A stretch of 64,000 nucleotides of DNA from an uncultured Verrucomicrobiae bacterium. Lineage in GTDB: Bacteria; Verrucomicrobiota; Verrucomicrobiia; Chthoniobacterales; UBA10450. The notes beneath the pieces are model-generated. The model worked only from the letters and a program-made list of their open reading frames with translations. It was not told the origin of the DNA and made no database searches. The translations under genes were made by a program, and so were the position numbers. Below, in pieces: positions 49,825 through 58,906 of this stretch. Positions within the stretch are counted from its first letter, which is position 1, and the number at the start of each line of letters is the position of its first letter. The stretch is taken from the NCBI GenBank assembly GCA_963768965.1, contig CAVYJY010000008.1, positions 39,649 to 103,648 on the forward strand. The letters run 5' to 3'.

Positions 49825-51708
49825 ATGGACCATTCCTTCGTGAAATTCTTTCTCATCGCTGCTCTTTCCCTTTGCGCCACCGCCGTTTTTGCGGAGAACC
49901 TCTCGCCCTCTGGAATCATCGGCGGCGGGTCCGCGTCCTGGACCAATCCGCACACCGCCGGCCGCTACAAAAAGTACTATTGGAAAGATCTTCAACCCAC
50001 CAGCAGCACCGCCTACAATTGGGCCGATCTCGACTCGCAGGTTGCGAGCGCGGTGGCGAACAAGAAGCAGTTCATCGTTCTCCTCAACCTTAATTCGGGA
50101 GACCCGACCGGCGGAATCGGCGCCCTGCCTTCATGGCTGATCAGCGCCGGAGCCAAGGCGTATCCAATGGTCAGCACCAAAACGGGCGAGACGCTTTACC
50201 AGTTTTTGCCCTGGGACCCGGTCTGGCAAAGTCACGCGCTGACTTTGATTGCGGCATTTTGCGACCGCTACGACGGGCAACTCGCGAGCGTTTCGATGGG
50301 GGGACTTGGCGGCACGACTGAGATGCACATGAACGACACTTTCCCTTATCCCGACGGCAAAGACATGGCCGCGGCCGCGGCGGCGTGGGTGATATCGAGT
50401 AATACGATCATCGCGCAGTACGCCGCCCATCTCACCCAGACGCCGTTCGTGGCGGCTCTCGCAGTTCCTTTCAACGGGACGACAGGAACGACTGCGCTCC
50501 AGTCCGTCGTGGACACTTCGCTCAGCCTCTATGGTTCGCGCATCGGGTTTGAGAATTGGGGCCTCAACGCCGATAGCTCCACCAGCTATCTGCCCAACGC
50601 GATCATTTACAATCATCGCTTTACCAATCCAGTCGGCTTCCAGATGACCGGCAACGCCACCACCGGAGGCGGAGGCGATCTTCGTGGAACATTGCGCGAG
50701 GCGATGGACGCCGGCGTCGCCATGGGCGCCCAGTATTTGCAGGTCTACGGTGACGACGTAGCAAACCCCATCTACGCCGACGATCTCGACGCGGTCGCGG
50801 CGCAGCTTCTTCCACCGCCAAACCCGACGCCGACGCCGTCGCCAACACCGACGGCGACGCCGACACCTACACCTACACCTACAGCGACGCCGACGCCGAC
50901 GCCGACTCCTACCCCGAGTCCGACGCCCACTCCGCCACCTCATTACCTGCTCAACATCTCTACCCGCGTGAAAGTGCGCACCGGTGACAACGTCATGATC
51001 GGCGGCTTCATCATCGACGGCGCGGTCAACAAAGACGTCGTCTTCCGTGCGCTCGGACCGTCCCTGGGCGATCTCGGGATCAAGAAAGTCCTGAGCGATC
51101 CGAGCCTGGAGGTTTATAACTCTGCCGGCACGCTGGTGCAGCAGAACGACAACTGGACCACCTTGCCGCCCGGAACTGTTCCCGCTGGCTTGGAACCGAA
51201 ATACTCGGCCGAGTCCGTCATCCTGGCCAACCTCGCGCCTGGCAGCTACACCGCCATCCTTCGCAGCGTCAATGGTGTCACCGGGAACGCACTTTTCGAG
51301 CTCTACGACCTCGTCCCGGGCAATTCCAGCGTGCGCAACATCTCGACCCGCGGCCAGACCGGCGTGGGCGACGACGTCATGATCGGAGGCTTCATCGTCG
51401 CAGGAGTCCAGCCATCAAAGGTCATGATCCGGGCCATCGGCCCTTCGCTCACCGCCTTCGGCCTCACCGGCGTCCTGCCCGATCCGGTCCTCGAGCTCCG
51501 CGACCAGGAGGGATCGCTCATTTACCAGAACGACAACTGGGAGGGCGAACAGGCGCAGCAGATCCTCGACTCGGGCCTCGCGCCAGGTGACGCCAGGGAA
51601 TCGGCCATCATCGCCACGCTTAACCCCGGCGCCTACACCGCGATCGTGCACGGCGCCGGCGCCGACCAGGGCGTCGCCTTGGTAGAAGTCTACGCGCTCG
51701 ACCCGTAG
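49825..51708 (+). CDS. Secreted TIM-barrel-like (putative glycoside-hydrolase-like) head + (Thr-Pro)n linker + tandem NISTR/NDNW/LVEVY modules
   Basis: Signal peptide [23 protein letters not shown]. Head of about 330 aa with only weak GH42/GH35-like patterning ([10 protein letters not shown]..., PSWL). Modules at about 50947-51320 and 51331-51705. Confidence 0.7.
   Translation: MDHSFVKFFLIAALSLCATAVFAENLSPSGIIGGGSASWTNPHTAGRYKKYYWKDLQPTSSTAYNWADLDSQVASAVANKKQFIVLLNLNSGDPTGGIGALPSWLISAGAKAYPMVSTKTGETLYQFLPWDPVWQSHALTLIAAFCDRYDGQLASVSMGGLGGTTEMHMNDTFPYPDGKDMAAAAAAWVISSNTIIAQYAAHLTQTPFVAALAVPFNGTTGTTALQSVVDTSLSLYGSRIGFENWGLNADSSTSYLPNAIIYNHRFTNPVGFQMTGNATTGGGGDLRGTLREAMDAGVAMGAQYLQVYGDDVANPIYADDLDAVAAQLLPPPNPTPTPSPTPTATPTPTPTPTATPTPTPTPTPSPTPTPPPHYLLNISTRVKVRTGDNVMIGGFIIDGAVNKDVVFRALGPSLGDLGIKKVLSDPSLEVYNSAGTLVQQNDNWTTLPPGTVPAGLEPKYSAESVILANLAPGSYTAILRSVNGVTGNALFELYDLVPGNSSVRNISTRGQTGVGDDVMIGGFIVAGVQPSKVMIRAIGPSLTAFGLTGVLPDPVLELRDQEGSLIYQNDNWEGEQAQQILDSGLAPGDARESAIIATLNPGAYTAIVHGAGADQGVALVEVYALDP
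50812..50940 (+). repeat. Second (ACN-CCN)n Thr/Pro linker-coding repeat
   Basis: [43 protein letters not shown]. Confidence 0.9.
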
Positions 51709-51739
51709 GCGGGCCCAAGAACCGATTCAGCCTAACGAC

Positions 51740-54700
51740 TTAAGGCATCTGGTAGACTTCCACCAGTCCGACACCCGTCGTGTTGTTTTTCCCGCGGATG
51801 ACGGCGGAGTAACTGCCCGGATCCAACGTCACCAGAACGGCCGATTCCTTATCGTTGGTCGGGGCGAGGCCCGTCGCTTCGATCGCTGCCTTGTCGTCGG
51901 TCTTCCAATTGTCGTTCGATAGGATCAACTGGGAACCCCGATAAAAATCGAGCGTCGGATCCTGCAGCGCGCCCTCGACACCGGCAGCAGTCAGGCTCGG
52001 GCCACGCGCCCGAATCATCACCTGATGACTGACCTGGCCGCTGATGATAAAGCCACCAATGAGCGCCGTGTTATCATCATCACCAACGCTGGTTCGGGTC
52101 GAGATGTTAACGAGTAACGTGGCACTGGTTGAATCCAGGTCGTAAACCTCCACCAAGCCCACGCCGTTGGTCGTCCCGCGCAGAATCGCGGTGTATGGCC
52201 CGGGAGCGAGAGTGATAACGACGGCGGATTCGCGGTCATCGGTCGGAGCCAGTCCGGTCGCTTCAATCTCGGCTTCCTGACTCTCTCGATAGCTATCATT
52301 ATAGAAAAGCTGTGTCCCCGCCCCGTCATGGAGGTCAAGCGACGGATCCTGCAGCGCGTTCACCACGCCTTTCTGGGTGAGTGAAGGACCGAGGCCACGG
52401 ATGATGACCTGCTTCGGCGTATTGCCCTGGATAATGAAACCCGCAATCATGACTCCGTCCCCACTCTGGACGAGGCCGCGGGTCGAGATATTAACCGGCT
52501 TGGTCGAGAGATCCGGATTAACAATACTAACGAGCGTCGACGATGTCGTGCCGAGGAAGGCGCCGTTGGTCGGATTCGACAGATTGATCATGAACTGCCG
52601 GGTCGGCGAGCCGACCGATTGGTTGATCAGAGTGACGTTGATGACCTTGGACGTGACGCCAGGGCCAAAGGTGAGCGTGCCTGAGGTGGCCACGTAATCC
52701 GTTCCAGCCTTGGCCGTCACATCGCTGGTCGCGTAACTCACCGAATAGGTTAGGTTCGGATCGCCGATCCGCGACAGCGTAACCGTCGTGCTCGCCACTC
52801 CAGCCTGGTTGTTCACCGTATAAGTCGGCGAAGCGAATTGGAAAGTCGTCGCATCATTATCAATGATCGTGACCGTCGCCGTGCTCGGTGTCCCGAGCCG
52901 TGGCGCCGCGTTCGTTCCTTCGCCGAGAGGATTCGAGAGGACGACGCTAAAGGTCGTCGTGCCATCGGTGCTGGTGTTATCGATGATCGGGACCGTGATC
53001 GTTTGCGAGAAGATATTCGGCCCAAAAGTCAGGCGGCCCGACGTGCGCGTATAATTGGAACCTTCGGTTGCGGTCCCGTCGCTGGTGGCGTAGTCGACCG
53101 TGACGGTCTCGTTAGGGTCGCCCACCCGGAGGGCTTCCACCGTCAGCGTCACCGTCCCCGAGCCCTCATCCACAGAGTAGGTGGAAGGGTTAAAGCGAAA
53201 AGCGGTCGCATCGTTATCGATGATGTTTACGGTGGCCTGGCCGATGCCACCGACAAACCCGGTTCCATCCGGCGAGGTTAACGTGACGGTAAAGAAAAGC
53301 GTCGGGTTAGTCGTGGGGTCGTCGATGATCGGGATTTGAATGGTCTTGCTGACTTCACCCACATTGAAGGTGACGCTGCCGGTGGTGGCGACATAGTTAA
53401 TGCCAGAGAGGGCGGTGCCATCGCTCGTCGAATAATTGACGGTCGCTTGCACGCCAAGCCCGCCCGAGCGGGTCACGGTGAGACTGGCGAACCCGGCACC
53501 TTCATCAACATCAAAGGAAGATTTGCTGAACCCGATCGTGGCAGTGGGTGAATCATCGTCGGCGATATCGACGGTAGCGACGCTATTTGTGCCAATCGCC
53601 GCTCCCGGACCAGGTTCGCTCAGACTAACGAAAAAGCTTTCAGTGCTCTCGATAAGGTTGTCGTTGGTGATTGGGACATTGACCGTCTTTTGCGTCTCGC
53701 CCGCGTTGAAAGTCAAGGTGCCGCTGCTTAAAGTAAAATCAGCCCCCTGGGCTGCCGTCCCGCTAATCGTCTGATATTTGACAGTCAGTATGTCGTTCGG
53801 GTTACCTTGACGGCTGGCGGTAACGATCAGGTTAACGGATCCACCGTTTTCCGCGACCGTATAATTAGCCGGACTGAACTGAATGGTGCTGCGGATATCG
53901 TCGTCGATGATCGTAACAATGGAGCTACCCTGGGCGCCCACGATCGCCCCCGGGCTAGGATTACTCAGCGTGACCCGGAAAGTCTCCGGGTCCTCGGAAA
54001 TCGTATCATTGTTAATTGGAACCAAGATTGTCTTACTTGTCTCTCCCGGGGCAAAAGTAAGGGTGCCGATAACTGGAGAAAAATCGAAGCCAGAAAAGGC
54101 TGTAATCGGCGTCGCGGCATAATTCACGGAAGTTGCCTTCGAAGCGTCACCATTGGGGATGAGATTAACGGTCAGAACGGCGTTACCTCCCGCCTCGGTA
54201 ATGCTATAGGTAGCACTGCTGAACTGCACGACATTGCCGAGATCGTCATCGGTGATCGTGATCTGAGTCGAAGAAATGCTGCCTAGCTGCGCGACGTCGC
54301 TGCTCGTCAGAGTGAGATGAAAAGTCACGTCGCCCTGGATGAGGGTGTTATTAGGGATCGGGATAATAATTGTTTTTTGATGTTCGTTATCCACGACCAC
54401 AGTTACGTCGTTGATCTTCGCCACCAATGGGGCAAAAAAGATCGTGCCGGAAACCGGGGTAAAGTTCACGCCCGACTGAGCGGTGTCACCCGCTCTCAGT
54501 TCGGTCGTGTAATCCACCGAGGTGCCGTTGACGTCAAAGTCACCAAATCGCACAACCGTGATCGCGATGGCGAGTTGATCCCCTTCCTTAAACCGATGGG
54601 CTGTCGTGAGGAATTGAGCGGTGTTCGGACCGGCATTATCAAAGATCGTGACCCGGGCCGTAGCCTGCGCCCCGATGGAAGTAAACGGACCCGGATTGAT

Positions 54701-56767
54701 GAGGCCGATCGTAAAAGTCTTCACGCCCTGTGCGAGCGGATTATCCTTCACCGGGATGGTGACGTCCTGAACATTCACCCCGGCTGGGAAAGTAATGGTG
54801 GTCGATGACGGCAGGTCGTAATCAACCCCCAGGACCGCCGTATCCCCGGTCGCCCCTAACGATAGTTCGACGGTCAGCACCTGGTTGGGATCGGCACCGC
54901 GCGTTGCTTTGACTCTCACTTGCACGGCGCCGCTGATTTCCACGACGCCATACTCCGGGGAGTCAAATTCCACCGTGTTCAAGCCATCATCATCTTGCAG
55001 GGCGACTTCCGCCGAGGAAGGAAGACCCAGAGTGGCGTTGACTGGATTACTTAATTCCACCGTAAAGGATTGAGGAGGTTCCACCACGGTATCGTTTAGG
55101 ACCGGCACAGTGATCGTTCCAACCGATGAACCCGAGGCAAACGTCAGGGTTCCGCTGGTCTGGACAAACCGACTGCCATCGGCCGACCCAGCGACGGTTT
55201 GGTATTGCACACTCACGGTCGAGGTGGTGCTACCGGTCCGATTCAGAAGCACGGTCAGCGTCACGGCACCGGCATTCTCCGAGACGGAGTAGGTGGGACT
55301 GCTGAATTGGACCGTGCCTGCGGTATCGTCGTCCAGAATCGCCAGGCTCGAGACCGAAACGCTCCCCAAGGTCGCGCCGGTCGGATTCGCCAAGACCAGC
55401 CCGACCGTCTCCGTATTCTCGACCAAGGTATCATTGAGAAGCGTAACTGTGAAAGTCTTGAGCGTCTCTCCCGCGTTGAAAGTCAACCTCTTATTCGAGC
55501 CACTCGAGATCGCGGTGTAATCCTGTCCCGGCGTCGCCGAACCGGTCTCAGTGAAATACTGCACTGTCACCACCTGGTTTTGATCGCCGACGCGATTGAC
55601 TCGCACTGTCACGGTCGCGATACCGCCGTTCTCACTTGCCGAATAAGTCGTACTCACAAACTCGACTGTGTTCGCGCTTTCGTTATCGATAATCGAGACC
55701 TCGGCGTTCTGGGTTCCGCCCGGTATGATCACTCCGGAGTTAGGACTCGCGCTCAGGGCGATGAAGAACGATTCAGTACCTTCGACTTCGGAGTCGTCGA
55801 AAATGGGAACGTCGAAAGTCGCGAAGGTCTGGCCTTGCGCGAAGGCCACCGTGCGCGTGACAGTCGCGTAGTCGCGATCGGCTGCGGCGGTACCTCCGAC
55901 GGTGCTGATGTTGACCTCCACAGCACTGCTGATATTGCCGCTGCGGAGGAGAGTGATGGTAGCATTGACCCCGTTCTCCGCCACCTGATAAGAGGTATTG
56001 CTAAAGGTCACCGTGCTGGCCTCATTGTCTACGATCGTGACCACGGCGATGGCCTGGCCGAAAGCAAAATCGCCGCCTTGCGAGGAGAGGTTCACCGTAA
56101 AGGTCTCGTCCCCCTCGACGACCGAATCGTCGAGAATCGAGACGGGAATCGATTTGGAGGTTTCGCCGGGGTTAAAAGTCAGTGTCCCGGTCGCTGCAAG
56201 ATAGTCGACGTTCTGCGTTGCTGACCCGGAAGCAGTAGTGAAGTCCACCATGTCTGTGCCCGTCGTATCTCCGGTCCGAGTCACGGTGAGCTGAATGCTG
56301 CCGCCGTTCTCAGTCACGGAATAAGATGCAGGGTTGAACCCAATCGTCGTGCCGCTGCTGTCGTTGTCGTTAATCGTGACCGTGGCAACGCTCGTTCCGA
56401 GCGTCGCATTCGTCGGCTTGGAGAGGGTAAAGGTGAACTGTTCCTGTGACTCCGCGACCAGATCATCCACCAGCGGGACTAAAACCAGTTTGGCCGATTC
56501 GTTAGGGGCAAAGCTTAGTGTCCCTGTCGTCTGGGTATAATCGGTCGCTTTTTTTGCCGTCCCGTCGGCGGTCGCGTAATCCACCGTGATCGTGTTTGCA
56601 TGATTGGCCGGCGTCACTTGCACCACAATCGCCACACTGCCGCCGCTTTCGGAAACGGTGTAACTGCTGGCTTGCAGTGAGACCGTATTTTGCGCCGAGA
56701 CATGCTGGGCAAAGCCGGCCAGGAGGAGGAGAAGCGCGGTCAGGAAGACCGCTCGGATGGTTTGCAT
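51740..56767 (-). CDS. Giant secreted protein: 12 Calx-beta domains + tandem NISTR/NDNW/LVEVY modules
   Basis: Signal peptide MQTIRAVFLTALLLLLAGFAQHVSA (ATG 56767). Twelve units of about 115 aa following Y.V.E.GG...V.V.R.G.....V.Y.T..G(T/S)A..G.DY....GTL.F..GE..K...V.I.DD...E..E.F.V.LS.P. C-terminal modules at about 52495-52125 and 52111-51743. Confidence 0.85.
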   Translation of the reverse strand: MQTIRAVFLTALLLLLAGFAQHVSAQNTVSLQASSYTVSESGGSVAIVVQVTPANHANTITVDYATADGTAKKATDYTQTTGTLSFAPNESAKLVLVPLVDDLVAESQEQFTFTLSKPTNATLGTSVATVTINDNDSSGTTIGFNPASYSVTENGGSIQLTVTRTGDTTGTDMVDFTTASGSATQNVDYLAATGTLTFNPGETSKSIPVSILDDSVVEGDETFTVNLSSQGGDFAFGQAIAVVTIVDNEASTVTFSNTSYQVAENGVNATITLLRSGNISSAVEVNISTVGGTAAADRDYATVTRTVAFAQGQTFATFDVPIFDDSEVEGTESFFIALSASPNSGVIIPGGTQNAEVSIIDNESANTVEFVSTTYSASENGGIATVTVRVNRVGDQNQVVTVQYFTETGSATPGQDYTAISSGSNKRLTFNAGETLKTFTVTLLNDTLVENTETVGLVLANPTGATLGSVSVSSLAILDDDTAGTVQFSSPTYSVSENAGAVTLTVLLNRTGSTTSTVSVQYQTVAGSADGSRFVQTSGTLTFASGSSVGTITVPVLNDTVVEPPQSFTVELSNPVNATLGLPSSAEVALQDDDGLNTVEFDSPEYGVVEISGAVQVRVKATRGADPNQVLTVELSLGATGDTAVLGVDYDLPSSTTITFPAGVNVQDVTIPVKDNPLAQGVKTFTIGLINPGPFTSIGAQATARVTIFDNAGPNTAQFLTTAHRFKEGDQLAIAITVVRFGDFDVNGTSVDYTTELRAGDTAQSGVNFTPVSGTIFFAPLVAKINDVTVVVDNEHQKTIIIPIPNNTLIQGDVTFHLTLTSSDVAQLGSISSTQITITDDDLGNVVQFSSATYSITEAGGNAVLTVNLIPNGDASKATSVNYAATPITAFSGFDFSPVIGTLTFAPGETSKTILVPINNDTISEDPETFRVTLSNPSPGAIVGAQGSSIVTIIDDDIRSTIQFSPANYTVAENGGSVNLIVTASRQGNPNDILTVKYQTISGTAAQGADFTLSSGTLTFNAGETQKTVNVPITNDNLIESTESFFVSLSEPGPGAAIGTNSVATVDIADDDSPTATIGFSKSSFDVDEGAGFASLTVTRSGGLGVQATVNYSTSDGTALSGINYVATTGSVTFNVGEVSKTIQIPIIDDPTTNPTLFFTVTLTSPDGTGFVGGIGQATVNIIDNDATAFRFNPSTYSVDEGSGTVTLTVEALRVGDPNETVTVDYATSDGTATEGSNYTRTSGRLTFGPNIFSQTITVPIIDNTSTDGTTTFSVVLSNPLGEGTNAAPRLGTPSTATVTIIDNDATTFQFASPTYTVNNQAGVASTTVTLSRIGDPNLTYSVSYATSDVTAKAGTDYVATSGTLTFGPGVTSKVINVTLINQSVGSPTRQFMINLSNPTNGAFLGTTSSTLVSIVNPDLSTKPVNISTRGLVQSGDGVMIAGFIIQGNTPKQVIIRGLGPSLTQKGVVNALQDPSLDLHDGAGTQLFYNDSYRESQEAEIEATGLAPTDDRESAVVITLAPGPYTAILRGTTNGVGLVEVYDLDSTSATLLVNISTRTSVGDDDNTALIGGFIISGQVSHQVMIRARGPSLTAAGVEGALQDPTLDFYRGSQLILSNDNWKTDDKAAIEATGLAPTNDKESAVLVTLDPGSYSAVIRGKNNTTGVGLVEVYQMP

Positions 56768-57005
56768 AATTTTCGTTAGGGAATTTGGTCGCCGACATCC
56801 AACTGACGACAACGGCAGCGGAACGAGCGCGCGGAGATTCTCAGAATTCACAAATGAAGGCAAGCATTCTTTTTTCCGTTGTTCGCGTTATTGTCGGGAC
56901 GCCGTCTTTCAGAGGGAGGGAATCGCTTCCGTCGCTTCCGCGGGATGGCGCACCGCCGCCACGATTGCGCTCGCCCCGGTGGTTCGCCGTGATTAAATTT
57001 CTCGC

Positions 57006-57539
57006 ATGACGCGCCTTATCTTTGGTCTTGTCTTTCTGTCACTCGCCTTGTCCTCCTCTCTCCGAGCCCAATCCCCCGCCCCGGCCGCTTCTGCGACGCC
57101 TTCACCCACGCCCGCCTGCCAGGCGGCGGAGTTTCGCCAGTTCGATTTTTGGCTGGGCAAATGGAAGGTCTCGCTCCAGCGCGGCCAGCAGGTCGGGTCG
57201 AGCGAGATCACCCGCCAGGCCGAAGGCTGCGCCATCCGCGAGCAATGGACCGCCGCCTCCGGCAAGGGCGGGATGAGCATCAATTATTACGACCCGGCGG
57301 TGAAGAAATGGCACCAGGATTGGGTCGGCGGCGACGGCACCATCCTGCACCTCCGCGGCGGGATGAAAGACGGCGTCATGGTCCTGAGCGATGAGCCGGC
57401 GAAGGGCCAGGCCACACTGGTGAATCGGATTTCGTTTACCCCGATGCCGGATGGCAAAGTGAAACAGGAATGGGCGACCTCGAAGGATAACGGCCAGACC
57501 TGGCAGACCAGTTTCCTCGGGATTTACGAGAAGCTGTAG
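57006..57539 (+). CDS. Secreted hypothetical protein (DUF1579-like?)
   Basis: Signal peptide. 177-aa ORF with FDFWLGKW and WHQDWVG patterns. The family assignment is tentative. Confidence 0.5.
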   Translation: MTRLIFGLVFLSLALSSSLRAQSPAPAASATPSPTPACQAAEFRQFDFWLGKWKVSLQRGQQVGSSEITRQAEGCAIREQWTAASGKGGMSINYYDPAVKKWHQDWVGGDGTILHLRGGMKDGVMVLSDEPAKGQATLVNRISFTPMPDGKVKQEWATSKDNGQTWQTSFLGIYEKL

Positions 57540-57584
57540 CCGGGGCTTGCGGTGGACCGGGCGGCTGTCGCAGGCTAGGCGGTC

Positions 57585-58262
57585 ATGGCAAAACTTGGCG
57601 GACAATGGCGCTACCTCGCGCTCCTCATTTCGATTCTTTTTCTTTTCGTGGTCACGCCGGTGGCCACGCTTTTCCGCCATGGAGTCCTGATCATGGACGC
57701 GCTCGCGGCGGTGGTGCTGGTGAGCGCCTCTTTCGCCCTGGGCAAGCGGAAACGACTTCTCGCCGTCGCCCTCGTGCTCTGCGGCCTCTCCGTTATCGGC
57801 ACCGTGTTGGTCCTCGTCACGCAGCAACGGTGGGCGGCGATTTTTTCCCACGCCAGTATCGTCGTTCTCATCCTTTTTTTCTGCGTCACGATCCTGAGTT
57901 ACGTCCTGAGCGGCGCTCGGATCACGCTCGACAAGATCTTTGCCGCAGTCTGCGTTTACATGCTCCTCGGCTACGCCTGGACCTTCGCTTATGCGCTGGT
58001 GGATGATCTGCAGCCGGGGTCGTTCATCGCCGCCTCCCCCTTGGACCCCGATGAATACGTCGGGCACGTCCTGGCCTTGCGCTATTTCAGCTTCATGACC
58101 CTGACCACGGTCGGCTACGGCGATATCGTGCCGCGCGGGGCGACGGCGCGCACTCTCGCCTCGCTCGAGGCGGTGACGGGCCAGATTTACCTCATGGTGC
58201 TGGTGGCGCGCCTGGTCGGGCTGCACATCGTGCATGCGCACGGCCGGCGCAAAATCGAGTGA
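57585..58262 (+). CDS. Potassium channel protein (pore-loop, TVGYGD selectivity filter)
   Basis: 225 aa with multiple TM helices. FSFMTLTTVGYGDIVP. Confidence 0.85.
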   Translation: MAKLGGQWRYLALLISILFLFVVTPVATLFRHGVLIMDALAAVVLVSASFALGKRKRLLAVALVLCGLSVIGTVLVLVTQQRWAAIFSHASIVVLILFFCVTILSYVLSGARITLDKIFAAVCVYMLLGYAWTFAYALVDDLQPGSFIAASPLDPDEYVGHVLALRYFSFMTLTTVGYGDIVPRGATARTLASLEAVTGQIYLMVLVARLVGLHIVHAHGRRKIE

Positions 58263-58356
58263 GACGCCCCGTCGCGCCCGCGGCCGTCAAGCTATTTTTC
58301 TTTCGGTTAGGCAATTTCGGGGGTCGTTATTCGTGAATTTTGCGCTATAGTCCGCG

Positions 58357-58716
58357 ATGGCTAAACCATCCGGTACGTTCTTTTCCCGTCGCGCTCCCGA
58401 TATCATCACCGAAGAGCTGGTCGCGGTCCTGTCTTCCAAGACCGCCTATGAATTCAAGCCGCTCTTCGACATTCTCCTCGCCAATCTGCGCGAGCGGAAC
58501 GCTGCCAGCGGCGGCGAAGAAATGCTCCGCCTCCGTTCCTACGAGAAGCTGCAGGGCCTGGTGAGCCAGGGCGCGGTCGACCGCAAGGTCAACGGTACGG
58601 TGAAGAAATACAAAGGCGTGCCGGCGCGGATGATGGCGCTGCGGGCGGAGATGAAAACGCTCCGGGCCGATTGGAACGAGCGCGCCCAGGCCAAGGCCGC
58701 GGCCGCCGCGGGCTAG
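58357..58716 (+). CDS. Hypothetical 119-aa protein
   Basis: ORF with typical codon usage. No motif recognised. Confidence 0.45.
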   Translation: MAKPSGTFFSRRAPDIITEELVAVLSSKTAYEFKPLFDILLANLRERNAASGGEEMLRLRSYEKLQGLVSQGAVDRKVNGTVKKYKGVPARMMALRAEMKTLRADWNERAQAKAAAAAG

Positions 58717-58766
58717 GCTTCTCCCCTCCTGGGAGGCCGGTCGGGCGCTTTCGCTCGCCCATGCGA

Positions 58767-58888
58767 GCTTTGGGAGTGCGGCATGTCCTCGTGCCGCTTT
58801 CCTGACGCGCCGCCGGAAGAGTCACTCTGCGAGTTTGGCATCGGCCCCGCCGGAAAAGCGGCGCGGGGACGCGCCGCACTCCGAAAGC
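58767..58888. repeat. REP-type doublet, family 4, copy 2
   Basis: GCTTTGGGAGTGCGGCATGTCCTCGTGCCGCTTTCC ... GGAAAAGCGGCGCGGGGACGCGCCGCACTCCGAAAGC. Homologous to 1902-2009. Confidence 0.6.
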
Positions 58889-58906
58889 GCTGCGCGCGAA
58901 AATTTG

